A DNA stretch of 64,000 bases from NCBI GenBank assembly GCA_001244265.2, contig CDLV01000010.1, positions 1,054,001-1,118,000 on the forward strand. Reading direction: 5' to 3'. How positions within the stretch are numbered: position 1 is the first letter of the stretch; every line of letters starts with the position of its first letter. The stretch is from Microbotryum violaceum. Lineage: Eukaryota. The position numbers were made by a program, and so were the translations under genes. The notes beneath the pieces were generated by a model that worked only from the letters and a program-made list of their open reading frames with translations, searched no databases and had not been told where the DNA came from. Of the stretch, positions 13,101 through 25,815 are shown one piece after another.

Positions 13101-14566
13101 TCAGGCAAAGGGCACGGGGGCCGCATGGTCTGGCGAAGTGACTTCACCGTCTTCCCCTTCTTCTTTGACCTTGGCTGAACGGATGTTGGCCCAGTCGGCT
13201 CGAGTACCGTCTTTGCGGGACGAGCCGAACCAGCGCTGATCGACAAGCTTTTCTTTGTGCGGAAGCAGTAACCTGTTGTAACTTCGTTGCACGATCAGCA
13301 TTCGCGAATGCGCCATCGTGGTCAACCAGATCGACCGACCTATAACCCATGCGAATGGTCGAGTCCTGCACTCCTGCGACGGCCGATATCTTTGCAGCTG
13401 GTTCGGGGATACCCCACAACGTCGTTGCGAACAAGATGCAGGCCGAGGCGATCGTGATCGGACTACGACCGGCCAACAAGCCTTCCTCTCCGACGCGGGT
13501 CCCGACAAAGACAGCCGCACGCTGCACGGGCACGGACAGGCCGAGGTGGTTGCAGTAGCGTGTGATGAGCGAGTCGGTCGCCGAGGCACTCGAAGGGGGT
13601 GCTTGGTTGGCGTGCACGGTCTCGAACAATTGGGTCAAGAGCTTGAAGCAGGTCGCGATGTCCTTCTTGGACACGTTGGTGAGGGCGACGATTTCTTTGA
13701 ACGTCCTCGGCACGCGGGCCTGCCTACACGCGATGAAGATGGTTGCGGCGATGATAGCGTCCTGGCTCTTGCCCTTGAGCAGCTTCTCGTCGTCGATGCG
13801 CTTGAAAAGTTGCTTGCTCGTGTCGACGATCGTCTTGGGCAGCGAGATGGCTTCGCACATGATCTGGATCTGGTCAAAGGCGACATGCAGGTCGCGACCT
13901 CCGCCCGAGTCCTTGAGCACTCGCGTGTTGGCAATCTGCAAGCCACGGGATATGCCCGTGTTGTTGTCCTTGAAAGAGATTATGGTCGAAAGCTGGTTGA
14001 CGGGATCGAGCAGTGGGTCGGTTGGTCCACCGACACGAGACGGGTCGTCTCCTTCTGAATCGGCGAATGAACGCCCTGTTGATATTCGCGGAAAGGGGAG
14101 GGACACAAGTGATGACCATGTTCAACAAGAGTGTCTCACTCGTATGGCACACCACAGCGATTCTAGCCGAGCACGTGGTCCTTCAGACCAGCTCGGCCTG
14201 AAGGGGATCAAGTCAAGCGACTGTTTGCCCGACCCCCCCGCGCCGGACGCTGCGACAGGTGACTGAGTACACCAACGCACATTCTGACCTGGTATCGACG
14301 ATGCGATCACCCAAGACGTGCCCTGCCCAGGAAAACAGAGGTATTGGTCAGCACACGCAGGAGCCCGGGTCGCGCTGCACGCGCACAGGGCTGGACTGAC
14401 CACACTCGCCACAGACCAAGTCGCCAGAGCTCATCTCCTCGATGAGGTTGACGTTCTCGTCCTGGCAGTCGGGGCAGATGAGGCGCACGTTGAGGTCCTG
14501 TCGAAAATCCTGCTGGGCGGCGGGACCATTGGGATCGGCCCGCAACGCGAAGGCCTGCATCGACAT
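13101..14566 (-). CDS. SUA7: Transcription initiation factor TFIIB
   Basis: Zn ribbon CPDC..EEMSSGDLVCGECG, LVLGDRIVDTRSEWRSF..DDPSRVGG, and cyclin repeats (IFIACRQARVPRTFKEI; GRSPITIASACI). Confidence 0.96.
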
Positions 14567-14916
14567 GGCCGGTGGTAGAAACCTATTCAAAGGCTCTGTG
14601 GCGAGTGGTGGGCGTGCGTGGCGAGTGCTGTCGTATGGATTACGAGCACGGGCACAGGTGAGCACAAGCGATGGGGATAGGGACGCGAGGGGCCGGGGAC
14701 GAACGCACGGCGGGCAGGTGAGGCCGGTGAGGGCCGACACAACAGGGGGAACCCACCCGAGTCACGCCCAGCCGCTCGGACCTCTGGCGCGCGCAAAAGC
14801 TTGAGTGTGTGGATACTCCGCCGCTCGCTCGACAGCTCTCGACAGGCTTCGACAGGGCGTGCTTGGCTTGGCTCGTCGCTTGCGCTGTGGCCCGCCCGTC
14901 GTTGCTCGCTGCTCCA

Positions 14917-14974
14917 CCTGACCGACCGCCTGCCGACCGCCTGCCGACCGCCTGCCGACCGCCTGTCGACCGCC
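14917..14974. repeat. Tandem 11-bp repeat (CCGACCGCCTG) x ~4-5 just upstream of GET1
   Basis: ccgaccgcctg repeated directly at ~14922-14974 between divergent SUA7 and GET1. Confidence 0.85.
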
Positions 14975-14990
14975 ACACCACTGCACGACG

Positions 14991-15956
14991 ATGGACGCTG
15001 AACTGGCCGTGCTCTTGTTTGGCATCACCTTGGCCGTCGAGGTCGTAGGATGGATCGGCGCAGACTCGATTGCCGCCTTTGTCAGTCCACCGTGTACCAT
15101 CTCGCGCTCTGACGTCGGCGTCAGCTGCCCGTCCCCCCAGTCTGCCTTACCCGCATTCCCGTCCTCCGCATCCTCCGGATACGCATGCTGAGTACTACCC
15201 TCTCGCAGTTCTACGCCCCCGTCTCGCGCTTTTCATCCAACCCCACGCTCAAGTCGCAAAAGGCGTTGCGAGCCGACATCATCAAGCTCCGAGCCGAACT
15301 CGCCGCGACCTCGTCCGTCGATGAGTTCTCGAAATGGGCCAAACTCAGGAGGAGGGTCGACAAGGCCGTGTCTGAGCTCGAGGCTCTCAGTACGTAGGCA
15401 TGGTATTCCATGAGACCACAGCGAGGGCAGATCAGATCCCACAGCGTGGAGAGCCAGGACTGGAAACTGAGCCTCGCTCTCTTTCGTCCTCTCTCAGATG
15501 CCACCTCGTCCCAATCGCGCCAGTCGTTCCAGAGCCTTTTCAAGCGCATTCTTTGGATCTTTACCACCATCCTCCCCTTCGTCGTCACCTCGTGGCACCG
15601 CAAGGCCGCCGTCTTCTACCTCCCGCCGAGCTGGTTCGGACCCGCGACCTGGTGGTTGGGTTTGCCATCCGCTCCCACAGGTTCGTCTCCTCCTTAAGGT
15701 ATCGCTTTGCAGTCATGCGATCACAGTACTTGACGCATCCCTTCGTCGAATATGCACAGGTGCCGTCGCCTGCGGTGTCTGGACCATGGCGTGCAAGCGA
15801 ACGATCGGAGCCTGCAAGGACGCCATCGTCGACTTGACCCAGAAAGAAGCCCGTGTGGCGCAACCTGTGCCTGTAGCTGTACCCACCCAACCCATCTCGA
15901 GTGATAAGGCAGAAAGCAAAGAGGGGAGCGGTGTTGAGGGGAAGAAGGAACTGTAA
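14991..15956 (+). CDS. GET1: GET complex subunit Get1/WRB (tail-anchored protein insertase)
   Basis: N-terminal TM, coiled coil LRAELAATSSVDEFSKWAKLRRRVDK, WHRKAAVFYLPPSWFGP.WWLGLPSAP.GAVACGVW. Three introns. Confidence 0.92.
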
Positions 15957-17559
15957 TGTATCAAACGAAGTTTGCCGCCGCATGCTCACTCGCTGTCCCC
16001 AGCCAGGATGCGTCCTCGCAAAATCACTAAAGTACAGATGATAGCCTCTACTACTAGCCAGGGCACGGAAACCAAGAGCTACACGCAGAGACGATCGGGT
16101 CAGCTCGAGCACACCACTGCAAAATCTTACCGAGTCGACTTCGTTTCCACTGAACATCCCGCGGCCACTGCCTGTCGCAGTCCGTCCCGAATTGCCTCCA
16201 TTACCAATGGAACCCTGTCGGATGTATACCCCGACGTCGACTTGACCGGATAGAGCTCCGTCATTACTGCCAACGCCTCGCCTAACTCGAGATCTTCAAC
16301 AGGAATCAAGTTGAGAGGATGTTTCCTCTGCTGCGGGTCCATCCTGAAGCCATCGCTGCCCCAGATCTTCGCCCGGCGGTCCCTCACTTGCGGCCCGTAA
16401 GGCCTAGAACTGGCAGGAGTTCCATCGAAAAACAAATTAGTCGCCGGCGGGCCCTGCCGGATTGATGCGGGAGGGTGGGACTTGGAACAGGCAATGGACG
16501 GCCGATTCGAGCGCGTGTGCTAGCCTGGACTCGGGGTGCGGGTCCGTTGAGACTCGCCAGAAAATAGAACAAAGAATAATACTTCAATGAGACCCAGTCC
16601 ACTCGCGTTACACCCGAGCGCCTGCCGAGATGCGCTTCTCTCCGTCACGTGAAGGCGGCCCTCCGCTTGCGTTGCGATGGGACCAATTCCCCGGGTTTGG
16701 TAACCACCCCGCCTTCCCAGTCAATGAGCACAAGGTGGCCGCCATGGTAAAGAATGCTCCAAGAGAAAACTCCCGATGATCAAGCCAAGGTCGTGGGGGG
16801 CAGTCAGCACCGTCAGCCGTTGATCAAGAACTCGGAAGCGAAGGACGGGCAACTCGAGCATGCGTCGACTTTGTGTACCTAGTGTGCCTCGGGCCTTGTT
16901 GCACTTCCTCTCTCTGTTCACCGGCATCGAGGCTGACAACAGCTGGACTCTGCCGATCCCCGATGAATGCGAGTCGGATGAGAAGGACGCCGATAATCCG
17001 AGGGCCGCAAGGTGTTTTCAGAAGCCCGTGCAGTGGGCAAAGCACCTCGTCGCAGGCGCCTTTGATCTTGCGCAGCACCTTTGACTCCGCGCGTACGAAG
17101 CACAGACTGACAAGCTGCATCTTTAACACAAACGAAGGCGGCAAAGTCGAGTATCCGTTACCGGTGGGTAATGAGCTCAGGCTGGGTCGGGTCATTTGGA
17201 AACCGTCGCGCGCCCTCCCTCTGCTCACAGGAGACGAGTTCGATCTGCTCCCTGTCCTCGAAGTTAACCGTGCGCCCGGCCGACAAATCCGACACTGACG
17301 TGGCTCAACACTGACGTGAGTAATGACACGGGTATGAACCGACGTGTGGCATCACACTCGTAGCGGAGATGACGAGTAGGCGTCCAGGTCGAGCAGGATC
17401 GACAGCACCGCCACCAGCTCTCCGATACCTTGTCCCGGGCCCCAGCTGTCTACTCAGTGACTAAGGTCCCTATTCTTTCCTTCTTCTTTATAGTCCAGCC
17501 TGCTTAAATAGCTCCTTTGTCTTCTACTTGAACAGTTGACATTGTCTTGCCCGATCGCA

Positions 17560-17900
17560 TCGTTGGAAACAACCAAACCATTGCGATGGCCTTTTTCGGG
17601 ATCACGGCATCATCGCCGCTGACGGGTCCCTCTTCTTCTACTTAAGCGGCAGTGTCTTACATCGCACTGGCGCCTTGACTCTGGCCCAGCGAGCGAACCT
17701 GCGCCCGTCTTTGCTCAGATCCTATTCTTTGACGCAAGCAAACGTATTGTATCCCGTGTCAACCTCAGTGGGACCGAAGCGGAGAAAACCGCCACTTATC
17801 TGCCCTTCGTCAGGGTCCTCACCACACTTGAGGCAATGCTCCATACCTACAACCGTCAAGATCGACAATTCCTTACCGCACGAGAATACGCTCAGCCCTG
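17560..17900 (+). mobile_element. Helitron Rep/helicase N-terminal fragment (decayed)
   Basis: Frameshifted translation NQTIAMAFFG..FYLSGSVLHRTGAL..PVFAQILFFD..LEAMLHTYN...FLTARE matches the recurring Helitron N-terminal pattern F.I.G...HR.G.L...P.FAQ...YD...L..ML...N...F..A.E. Confidence 0.6.
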
Positions 17901-18271
17901 CTCAGACCAAAGTGCGTCTCGGACCCAGTTTGCTATGGGCCGATTCGCACACCGAATATCCCTATCCAAGGGGTGTATGTATCCCAGTTTGAAAAGAAAA
18001 CATTGAGCTCTACTAAACAAGTCACTCTACCAAAGAATTACATCGTATAGCCTGTTACAAGGCACACATGCGCCGGAGATGTACAAACTCCCGAGAGCCG
18101 CCTTGGGCTGAGCTTTCCCGGCTCCTATGAGCGCTTTTGCTCGAAAAATCCGTGTCGGAGGGAAGGAGTGTTTGCCTGTCGCGCACCACCAGTTTATACA
18201 CTCCAGGATTGTGGTCAGAGGTTATGGATACGAGTGCTTTGCAGCTAATCAACTTGCCGTACGAAGCCCTA

Positions 18272-20763
18272 TCACCCCAGGCGCTTTAGCCTGGCCTCAG
18301 CGGCCCTGGCCCTGGCCTCCCTCTCAACCCTCATCCTCTGTACCTCACTCAGATCGGCCCCAGGAGGCGCCTGCCTCCCTCCTCCCACGCCTCCCAGCCG
18401 CTGAGGCCCTTTATTGACCGCCGGCGTAATCCCCCTCCTCTCCGCCTCCTTCCTAGCTTTCTCCTTGGCCTCCTCCAGCACCCGATCCTCCTCGTCCTTC
18501 TTCCTCTTCTCGATCAGCCCTTTGGCCGCATCACGCTCCTTCTGTTTCTCCCTCAGCTTGTCCCTCCTCTCCCTAGCTTTCTGATCCTTCTCCGACTCCT
18601 TTTGCTCGTCCAAAGCCGAAGGAACACGGGCACCTCCCACAGACGTCCCCGCCCAGTCCCACCATTCAGGATGCTCGGCCATCACTCCTCGGAAGACGTT
18701 GCGAGTCGTGCGCGAAGGAGCGTGCTCGTAAGGCGTTTGCAGGCCCTTCGTCGTCGTCGATGCCGGGGTTGTATCTTCCGTTTCGTCTTCACCTTCGGGT
18801 ACGGCGGATGGGCGGTGATTCGTCGAAGGTCGAAGAGTTGGATCGGCACGCTTCTCCACCAACAGCCATCTGACCATCTCCGCTTGATCGCTCGCGCTAG
18901 CGATGTGCAAAAGCGTTGGCAGTGACTTGGACTCGGCCATCCATTCCGGCAAAGAGCCCCAACCGTTCTGACCACCACCCGAACTCGACTCGAGTTCGGG
19001 GCCATACTTGTCCAAGAAGACAGAAAGCGCTTCGATCTTGCCCCTCTTGACCATATCGATGCATCGTTCCCATCGGTCGCGTTCGAGCTCTTCCTCCTTG
19101 GTCAATCTCGGAGGTTCTAGTAGCTTCTGCTTGGAGTCGCATAGGGAATGTTTAGGTTTCGATACGACTGGGGTCGGGCGTGGAGTGATGGATGCGAGAT
19201 AGTCGGCATCGAGTTGGGCCAACGCGTCCGAGGTGAGGTGCGAGACCTTGACCCGCGTGAGCTCGGTGAAGGCGCGAACGAGCTCGTTGATTGTCGGTCG
19301 GCGAGTCGGGAATGAGAACCCTCGAATTCGAGGATCACCTGCGATGATAGTGCGAACAAAGAGTAAATGACGTCGTCAATCTGGAATAAGCGAAGTCACA
19401 ACATAGCTTACCTCTCTGTATTGGCGCTTCGTCGTGATCGAAAAAGGTTTTGTAGTTCGTTTTGCTACATCGTAGGAAGACGAGTTCACTCTCCTCGATA
19501 TGCTCCCTCCATCCGCTCAGTAACTCGCGCACTTCCTGTCAAAGTGTAAGACGAAAGCCGTCGTTAGCCGATGAACCTTTTTTCTTGGCAACATCCCAAT
19601 CTCACCTCTGTCAAAGCCGTCTCGTTGTGTCGACGGATCTGCGCACCGGCGGATTTGGCTTTGCCGCTGCCACCATCATGCGCAGACTGCGAACCACCTT
19701 GCTTTCGGCGAGCTGCGAGGTGGAGAAATCGATTAAGCACGAAGCCCGAGTTTGAACGCAACAGATCCACACTCACTCGTGTAGCGATGAAACGTCTTCT
19801 TCTCGAGCACGACGACCTCCTTCTCCTTCTCCTTGCCTTTACCCTTGCTGACCAACCTCGGCACGACACTGACGACCATACCAGCGAAGTGCCCTCCCCC
19901 AAACATCAACAGGGTCCATTTCCTGTCCTTGCCGTCCTTGGTCGAGTAGACGCCTTTGCTCCCGACGGGTTCGACAAGTTGCGAAGATCTGAGCTCGTCC
20001 AATCCGTCGAGGCCGTCTTGGTGCTTCTTCTGTCCACCTGCGGAGGGAAGGGCTGCTCGATAGATACCGTACTGGGTTCCAGACGCTGCCTTGGGTGCCT
20101 CGAACCAGATGAGGGCTGAACGAGGTCCATTGAGGTGACGCGGGTCGTCGAGCGGGTCGAGGGCTTCGCCGTTCGCAGGCGATTCGAGGCGCTGCTTGCG
20201 AACGAGTCGCGAGACGGCATTGGTCGATGAGAAGGAGGAGGCATCGTCGTCATCATCCGAGGTTGATTCGGACTCTGATCCCGAAATGGAAGCGGAAAGG
20301 GCTAGCGGGATGAAACGCGAACGTCAGCGGTCTCCGTCCACGGTACGCTCGTCGATGACGACATATCTCGGGATTCTCGGTGAAAGGTGCGCTCACCTTC
20401 GACAAGCTGGGCAAAGTCATGTTCGCTGACCGGGGTCGGTTTGCCCTGCAGCTTGAGCTTGACGTTGTACCTGTACCAGTCGGTCTTGTAGTGGTCCTTG
20501 AGCCCCTGAAGGTCGTTAAAGCTCGCGCCGGTCAGAGCACAGGTAAAGTTGCCGGCCGTGATGGATAGTTGGTCCGCTCGAGGTGGGCCATTCGGTGTAA
20601 GTGTAGACGAAGAGGTCGACTTGACCAAGGCCTGGGAGGGGTGCAGTGGGTGCGATTCGGGGATGACGAGCTTGCGCACGCACAGGTCGTTGACGAGCTC
20701 GGAGGGGAGCGCGAACGCGTACAGCGGTTGGTGCGAGCCCTTGGACGTCGAAGAGGACGCCAT
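18272..20763 (-). CDS. VMS1: Vms1/ANKZF1 ribosome quality-control factor
   Basis: Zn-finger-like HYKTDWYRYNVKLKL, MFGGGHFAGMV, VLRF1 motif KTFHRYT.RRKQGGSQSAHD..KAKSAGAQIRRHNE, ankyrin LLHIAS..ADPT, and C-terminal VIM EREARARAAEARL. Confidence 0.93.
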
Positions 20764-20867
20764 CGCAGAGGATGATGCAACCGACGAGTGTCTAAAGCAG
20801 GTTGAGGCGGAGGAAGGAGCGCGAGTTGAGTGCGAGACTTGGAGTTTGCCCGACTCCCTCTTAGCTC

Positions 20868-20918
20868 CCTCTAACAGCCTCTAATAGCGTCTGCTAGTAG
20901 CCTCTAATGGCCTCTAAG
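20868..20918. repeat. Degenerate ~10-bp tandem repeat (GCCTCTAANA-like) in the VMS1/GatB divergent intergenic region
   Basis: cctctaacag cctctaatag cgtctgctagtag cctctaatgg cctctaag. Confidence 0.65.
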
Positions 20919-21061
20919 AACTGCCTGACTCGACCCCGCGATCGGCCGGCAGCTTGCGAGCTTGAGCGCTTGAGCTTTCACCGCTTTCACGTATCACGAC
21001 TCACGACGCTTCGCAGTCGCGCCACCGGCTCACCCCCCACATTGCCCCCATCCGCCGCGAC

Positions 21062-23498
21062 ATGGCCACCCGCGTCGCAGCCCCTATCCGACAGCTGCGC
21101 ACACCAGTCAGGCTCCCATCCTGTACATGCAACTGCTCCTCGGTTTGGACAGCACACCATACCCGATCTCGCTCCATCTCGTCCCCTGCGTCGTCATTCG
21201 CAATCCCCAGCAAGGGCAAGGGCAAAGCCTCGGTCGCACAAGAGCAACGCTGGGCAGGATGGCAGCCAGGTCAGTGGCCAACACACACTTCCAGAGCTGC
21301 ATGCTGTATAGCTGCTGATCCAATTTTTTACTTTGTCGCCCCACAGTGATCGGCCTCGAACTTCACGTCCAACTCAAGGGCAATCCCAAGCTCTTCTCCT
21401 CGGCTTCCGCCCTGTACGACGCCGAGCCCAACACCCAGATACAACCCTTTGATGCCGCACTACCCGGATCCTTGCCCGTGTGTTCTCTTCTCATCACGTT
21501 CCGATCCTCTACCCGCTCACACCCACCTAGATACCCTCCTAGACCCTCTCCTCGGAACCGGTCCGACTTGCTCTCCTCGCCTGTCTGGCACTGGACAGCT
21601 CCATCAACCCAGTCTCAATGTTCGACAGGAAGCACTACTTTTACCCTGATCTACCGGCCGGCTTTCAGCTCACACAGAAATATGGTCCGTGCCCTGCAAA
21701 GAAGGAAGAGCGGCCCGCTTCCCCCCCGAAGGCTGACATTCCCCTGTCGGCGTCTCGTGACAGCTCCTTTGGCGAAAGGCGGAATCCTCAAGATCAGAAA
21801 GGACCCAGCAGCAGGTGTCACGAGGGATCTGGAAGTAAGAATCGACCAAATTCAATTGGAGCAGGTCAGTGGGCAAAACTCTCTCTCCATTTTATCCCGA
21901 GACCGCCTGCCCTAACTAATGGTGCCATCATCAACTCAGGACACGGCCAAGTCGTTCCACGATCCATCGCAGCACATGACACTCGTTGATCTGAACCGCG
22001 CGGGTGCCGCTCTCATTGAGATCGTGACCCAGCCGGCTATGAGGTGACGACTTTGCTGGCAAACTTCGAACCAGATCCGTTCGAGCCGCTAATCCATTTC
22101 TTGTCCGGCGTCGTCAGGTCACCGGAAGAAGCCGCATCCTTCGTTCGAACTTTACAGTCTATTCTCAGGCACGTTGGAGCGAGTGATGCGAACATGGATA
22201 AGGTGCGACACAGCTTCGGACCTCGCGAGTTCTCACTTGAGACGGGAGACTGATGGCCACGTTTGGAACTCGGCTCAGGGAGAGCTACGATGCGACGTCA
22301 ACGTCTCGGTTGGGCCTGTGAAGGGCCCTTATGGCACTAGGTGCGAAATCAAGAATTTGAATGGAGTTCGCTTCTTGGTCGGCGCCATCGGTACGTTCGT
22401 CATTTCTTTTCGGAGAGGAGCGAACCCTTGAGTTCGAGTCAGCTCATCGCTTGACCGTGTTCTTGGCCCTGGCACAGAATCCGAAATCTCAAGGCAGATC
22501 AACTCCATCAACGCCGGGGTCCCGATCGTCCAAAGCACGATGGGCTACGACGCAGTCAACAACCGAACCTTTGTCCTGAGGTCCAAAGAAGACGCCCCTG
22601 ATTATCGCTACATGCCCGATCCAGAACTTGGCCCTGTGGTGGTGACTAAGGTGAGCTTAGCTAGACAGTTTCAGGTTTCACTCACCAGACCTGATGGGAG
22701 CTCTTCGATAATCTCTTAGACTACTTTGGATCATCTTCGCTCGACACTCCCCGAACTCCCGAACAAAGCCTTCGAACGCATCCAAACTCAATACGGTCTA
22801 TCCCCTCGTGACGCTGGGATTGTCGTCGCGGTAGGCGAATCGCTCGTTGTAGATCCATCTTCAACGATGAGCTCCACCCCAGAGTGGTTGGGGGGTTCCG
22901 AAGTTGGCACGGCTTCGATCGGGACGAGGTACTTCGAGACGTTGGCTGTTGGAAGACAGGCGCAGGTGTGTGCGAATTGGTAAGTGGAGAATCCATCTGT
23001 GCCTCACGTGTACCTCACGGTTAGACTAATCAAGATTTTGTCTACCCATCCTGAGATAGGATCATTCATGATCTCCTCTCAGCACTAGGTTCGACGAGCC
23101 CACCTTTGAACCTTTTGACCTCCCCTATCGGACCCCACGAACTAGGAAAACTGATCGACGCTCTGAGTAAGGGGAAACTCACTTCGACGAACGCCAAAAG
23201 CCTTCTCAAGGAATTCATCGTCAACCAGACGAGCAACTCCGCCCAGGGTTCTTGGAACGAAGTTTTGGACCAAGCGGTCCAATCCCATCAATCATCGACG
23301 AGTTCCATCTCCCTCGAAGCGATCTGCCACTCCGTCATTAAGGACCTCGTTCAAGAGAGCGATAAAGTACGAAAAGGAAATACCAAAGTCTTGATGAGGT
23401 TGGTCGGGCAAGTGATGAAGGAGAGTAAGGGCGTGGTCGATGCTCAAGAGGCGAAGAAGATATTGGAACGGATGCTATTACCTGGGCGGACGGTGTGA
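21062..23498 (+). CDS. PET112: Mitochondrial glutamyl-tRNA(Gln) amidotransferase subunit B
   Basis: [98 protein letters not shown], and Yqey-like LVGQVMK. Confidence 0.95.
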
Positions 23499-23768
23499 TT
23501 GTGGTCTAAGCACGTCGCTCTGTGTTACGTAGAGTTGTTGAAGCTGTAGGATGTACTGAATGAAGAAAAGGATAAACATGGTTTATAGTACACAAAAGAG
23601 AGCACTGAACAACGCTTGGAACAATGTCGAATACAAAGTCAAAAAACCGGAACCCGAGAAGAAAAAAGAACCCCACAAGCCAAGCGCTCTGGACAGATCC
23701 CCGAGAAGAGAGCACCGACACTTCGCCGAGTACCTTCGTCGCAATACCTTCGCCGCAACACCTTTCTC

Positions 23769-25782
23769 TCAATCACTCTTGAACCTCCCCTGAGCCATAT
23801 CCTCCGCCTTTCCAATCATCAACTCGAGGGCCCACAACCACGTCGTCAAAAACACGTTGGTCCACCTCCACAACGTCGCGTGGTGTTGTGCCGATGTCGA
23901 CGACGACGAGATAAGGAGGTGGGTGTAGACCGCAATGAGGACGAGGCGAGAGTACGTGACAACGATCGTCATGAAGCGAGGGAACTGGATTGAGGAACCA
24001 GCGCAGGTGTGAGCGACGGGGATCGGGTTCGGGGTGTACGGGGTGTGTGCTCACGGGGTCCTCTTCAGACAATTTCCTCGTGTCCTCGTAGCCTTCGTTC
24101 TTGCGCTTCAAGGCGAGGATGATCCTCGAAGCCGCATACAGCACAGTTACACGGTAGAAAAGCCCTACCAGGACAGGTAACGGCAGCGCAGAAGATCTGT
24201 AAGGTCGGGAGGAGGACTTCAGCCGAGAAGCAAGGGCTTCGTCGTCGGCAATGTACTCACGCTGCAATGATGAACTCGACACCTGCTCCAAAAGTCTGTG
24301 TCGCCAGTGTCGAGATTCGATCCAGCCTGGGTCGGGGGAGCAAATACATCCGTCAGTTATCGAGGCATCGCGAACTCGAATACGAGGAAGAGACCTACGA
24401 CTTGAGAACGACGGGTGGCAGCGGCGGATGGCCGTTGGATCCTGGGGTTTGCAGCACGTCGCGCAGCAGGCCGCCCGAGTACATCGCTGGCCGATTGGCT
24501 AGATGGAAGATTTGAAACACGGCGTATCTGTACGAGTGTCATGTTGTTTTTCAGATCCGACACTTTAAGTTGAAGCTTAGAAGATCATACGCACGCCATG
24601 ACCAAAGACGTCTCGATGACGGTCCCCTTCTGCAGCGCGAAGCCGATGCCAGACAGGAATAGAATCGAAGTGATTTCAACACCAATCAAGGTGGCGTTGA
24701 AGCGATCGACGACCGAGTCATACGACTGTGAAACAAAGTCCAGGTTTAAGCTGCTGTAAATGGGCAGATGAAGACTTGCCGATGACTCACATGCCACAGG
24801 AAATAGGCGGCGATGACGTAGACTAGGGCGGCGAGGACGAGGATAAAGAGTTGGAGAACATCTGGGGTCTACACAAGGGGTGCAGGGAGATGTGAGTTTT
24901 CATTTGACATCATCCTCGCGATGACTGGCTAGGAGAAGGACTTACCCTCGAGGCAGCTATCCGTCGCAGGGAGAACCTCGAGACGGCTTGAATGCACAGC
25001 AATGTCGCGATGCCTTCCATGATGGTAAAGATGGGCGAGCTCACACCCAGTAGCTTCGCCCACCACGCCGGTGCGAGTCGCAGTACGGACCACAACGGTT
25101 CGAGGATGTTGTTCTTGGGCAAGGTCGGACGGTCGCTCGAGTAGAGATTGAGGGAGAGGAGCAGGAGCGCGGGGATCAAGAGGGGTACGACGATGGCCGA
25201 GAGCAAGGTCGAGAGCGGTCTGAGACTCGTATTGCGAACGATGAGGTATATTGTCGCGTTCCTGGTGGGGAAGAGGAGACTGATGAGCGCGATGCTTGTC
25301 TTGCTCGGGGGATTCCCGGGAAAGCCATTTTGACATTGACGAGCGTACCAGGTGAAGAGGGAGCAGAGCATCAAAGAGAGTGCAAGCAGACATTCCTTGC
25401 CGGCGATGTCTTGAGCGAGCGGGAGGTAGAGGAGGACCTGGTCGAGCGAGAAAGCAGCCACAAGGTACGGGTCGAGTCAGGTCACGTGGTGAATAGGGGG
25501 GGGGGGGGACGAGATAGTCGCTCGCCCGTTCCCGCGACGGATGACTGACCTGAGAGAAGGACACGAACGAGGAGGCTATCCGGAAGACATTGCCAAGAAG
25601 GTTGGGCCTGTCCAGGTGGAGGTGTTGGGGTAAGCTCCCGGTTCGTGGTCGGTGTTGTCGAGTGCAGCCGAACTCTTCCGAGCCCAGCGGTGGGGCCGGT
25701 GGGGAGCTAGCAGTTATCGTGTCGTGCCCGGGCGAGGGGGCCACATTGAGGACAGCCGATACTCCGCTACGACGACTCACAT
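23769..25782 (-). CDS. ICE2: ER membrane protein Ice2, multi-exon; start codon split AT|G by the first intron
   Basis: Spliced MPNLLGNVFRIASSFVSFSQVLLYLPLAQDIAG..SSPIFTIMEGIATLLCIQ..NATLIGV..KGTVIETSLV..IAVYTHLL..WRWTNVFLTTWLWALEL, a multi-TM pattern typical of Ice2. Confidence 0.82.
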
Positions 25783-25784
25783 GA

Positions 25785-25815
25785 TGACCACGGTGACCAC
25801 GGTGACCACGGTGAC
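25785..25815. repeat. Tandem 9-bp repeat (TGACCACGG) x3 immediately 5' of the ICE2 start
   Basis: tgaccacggtgaccacggtgaccacggtgac seen directly. Confidence 0.8.
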
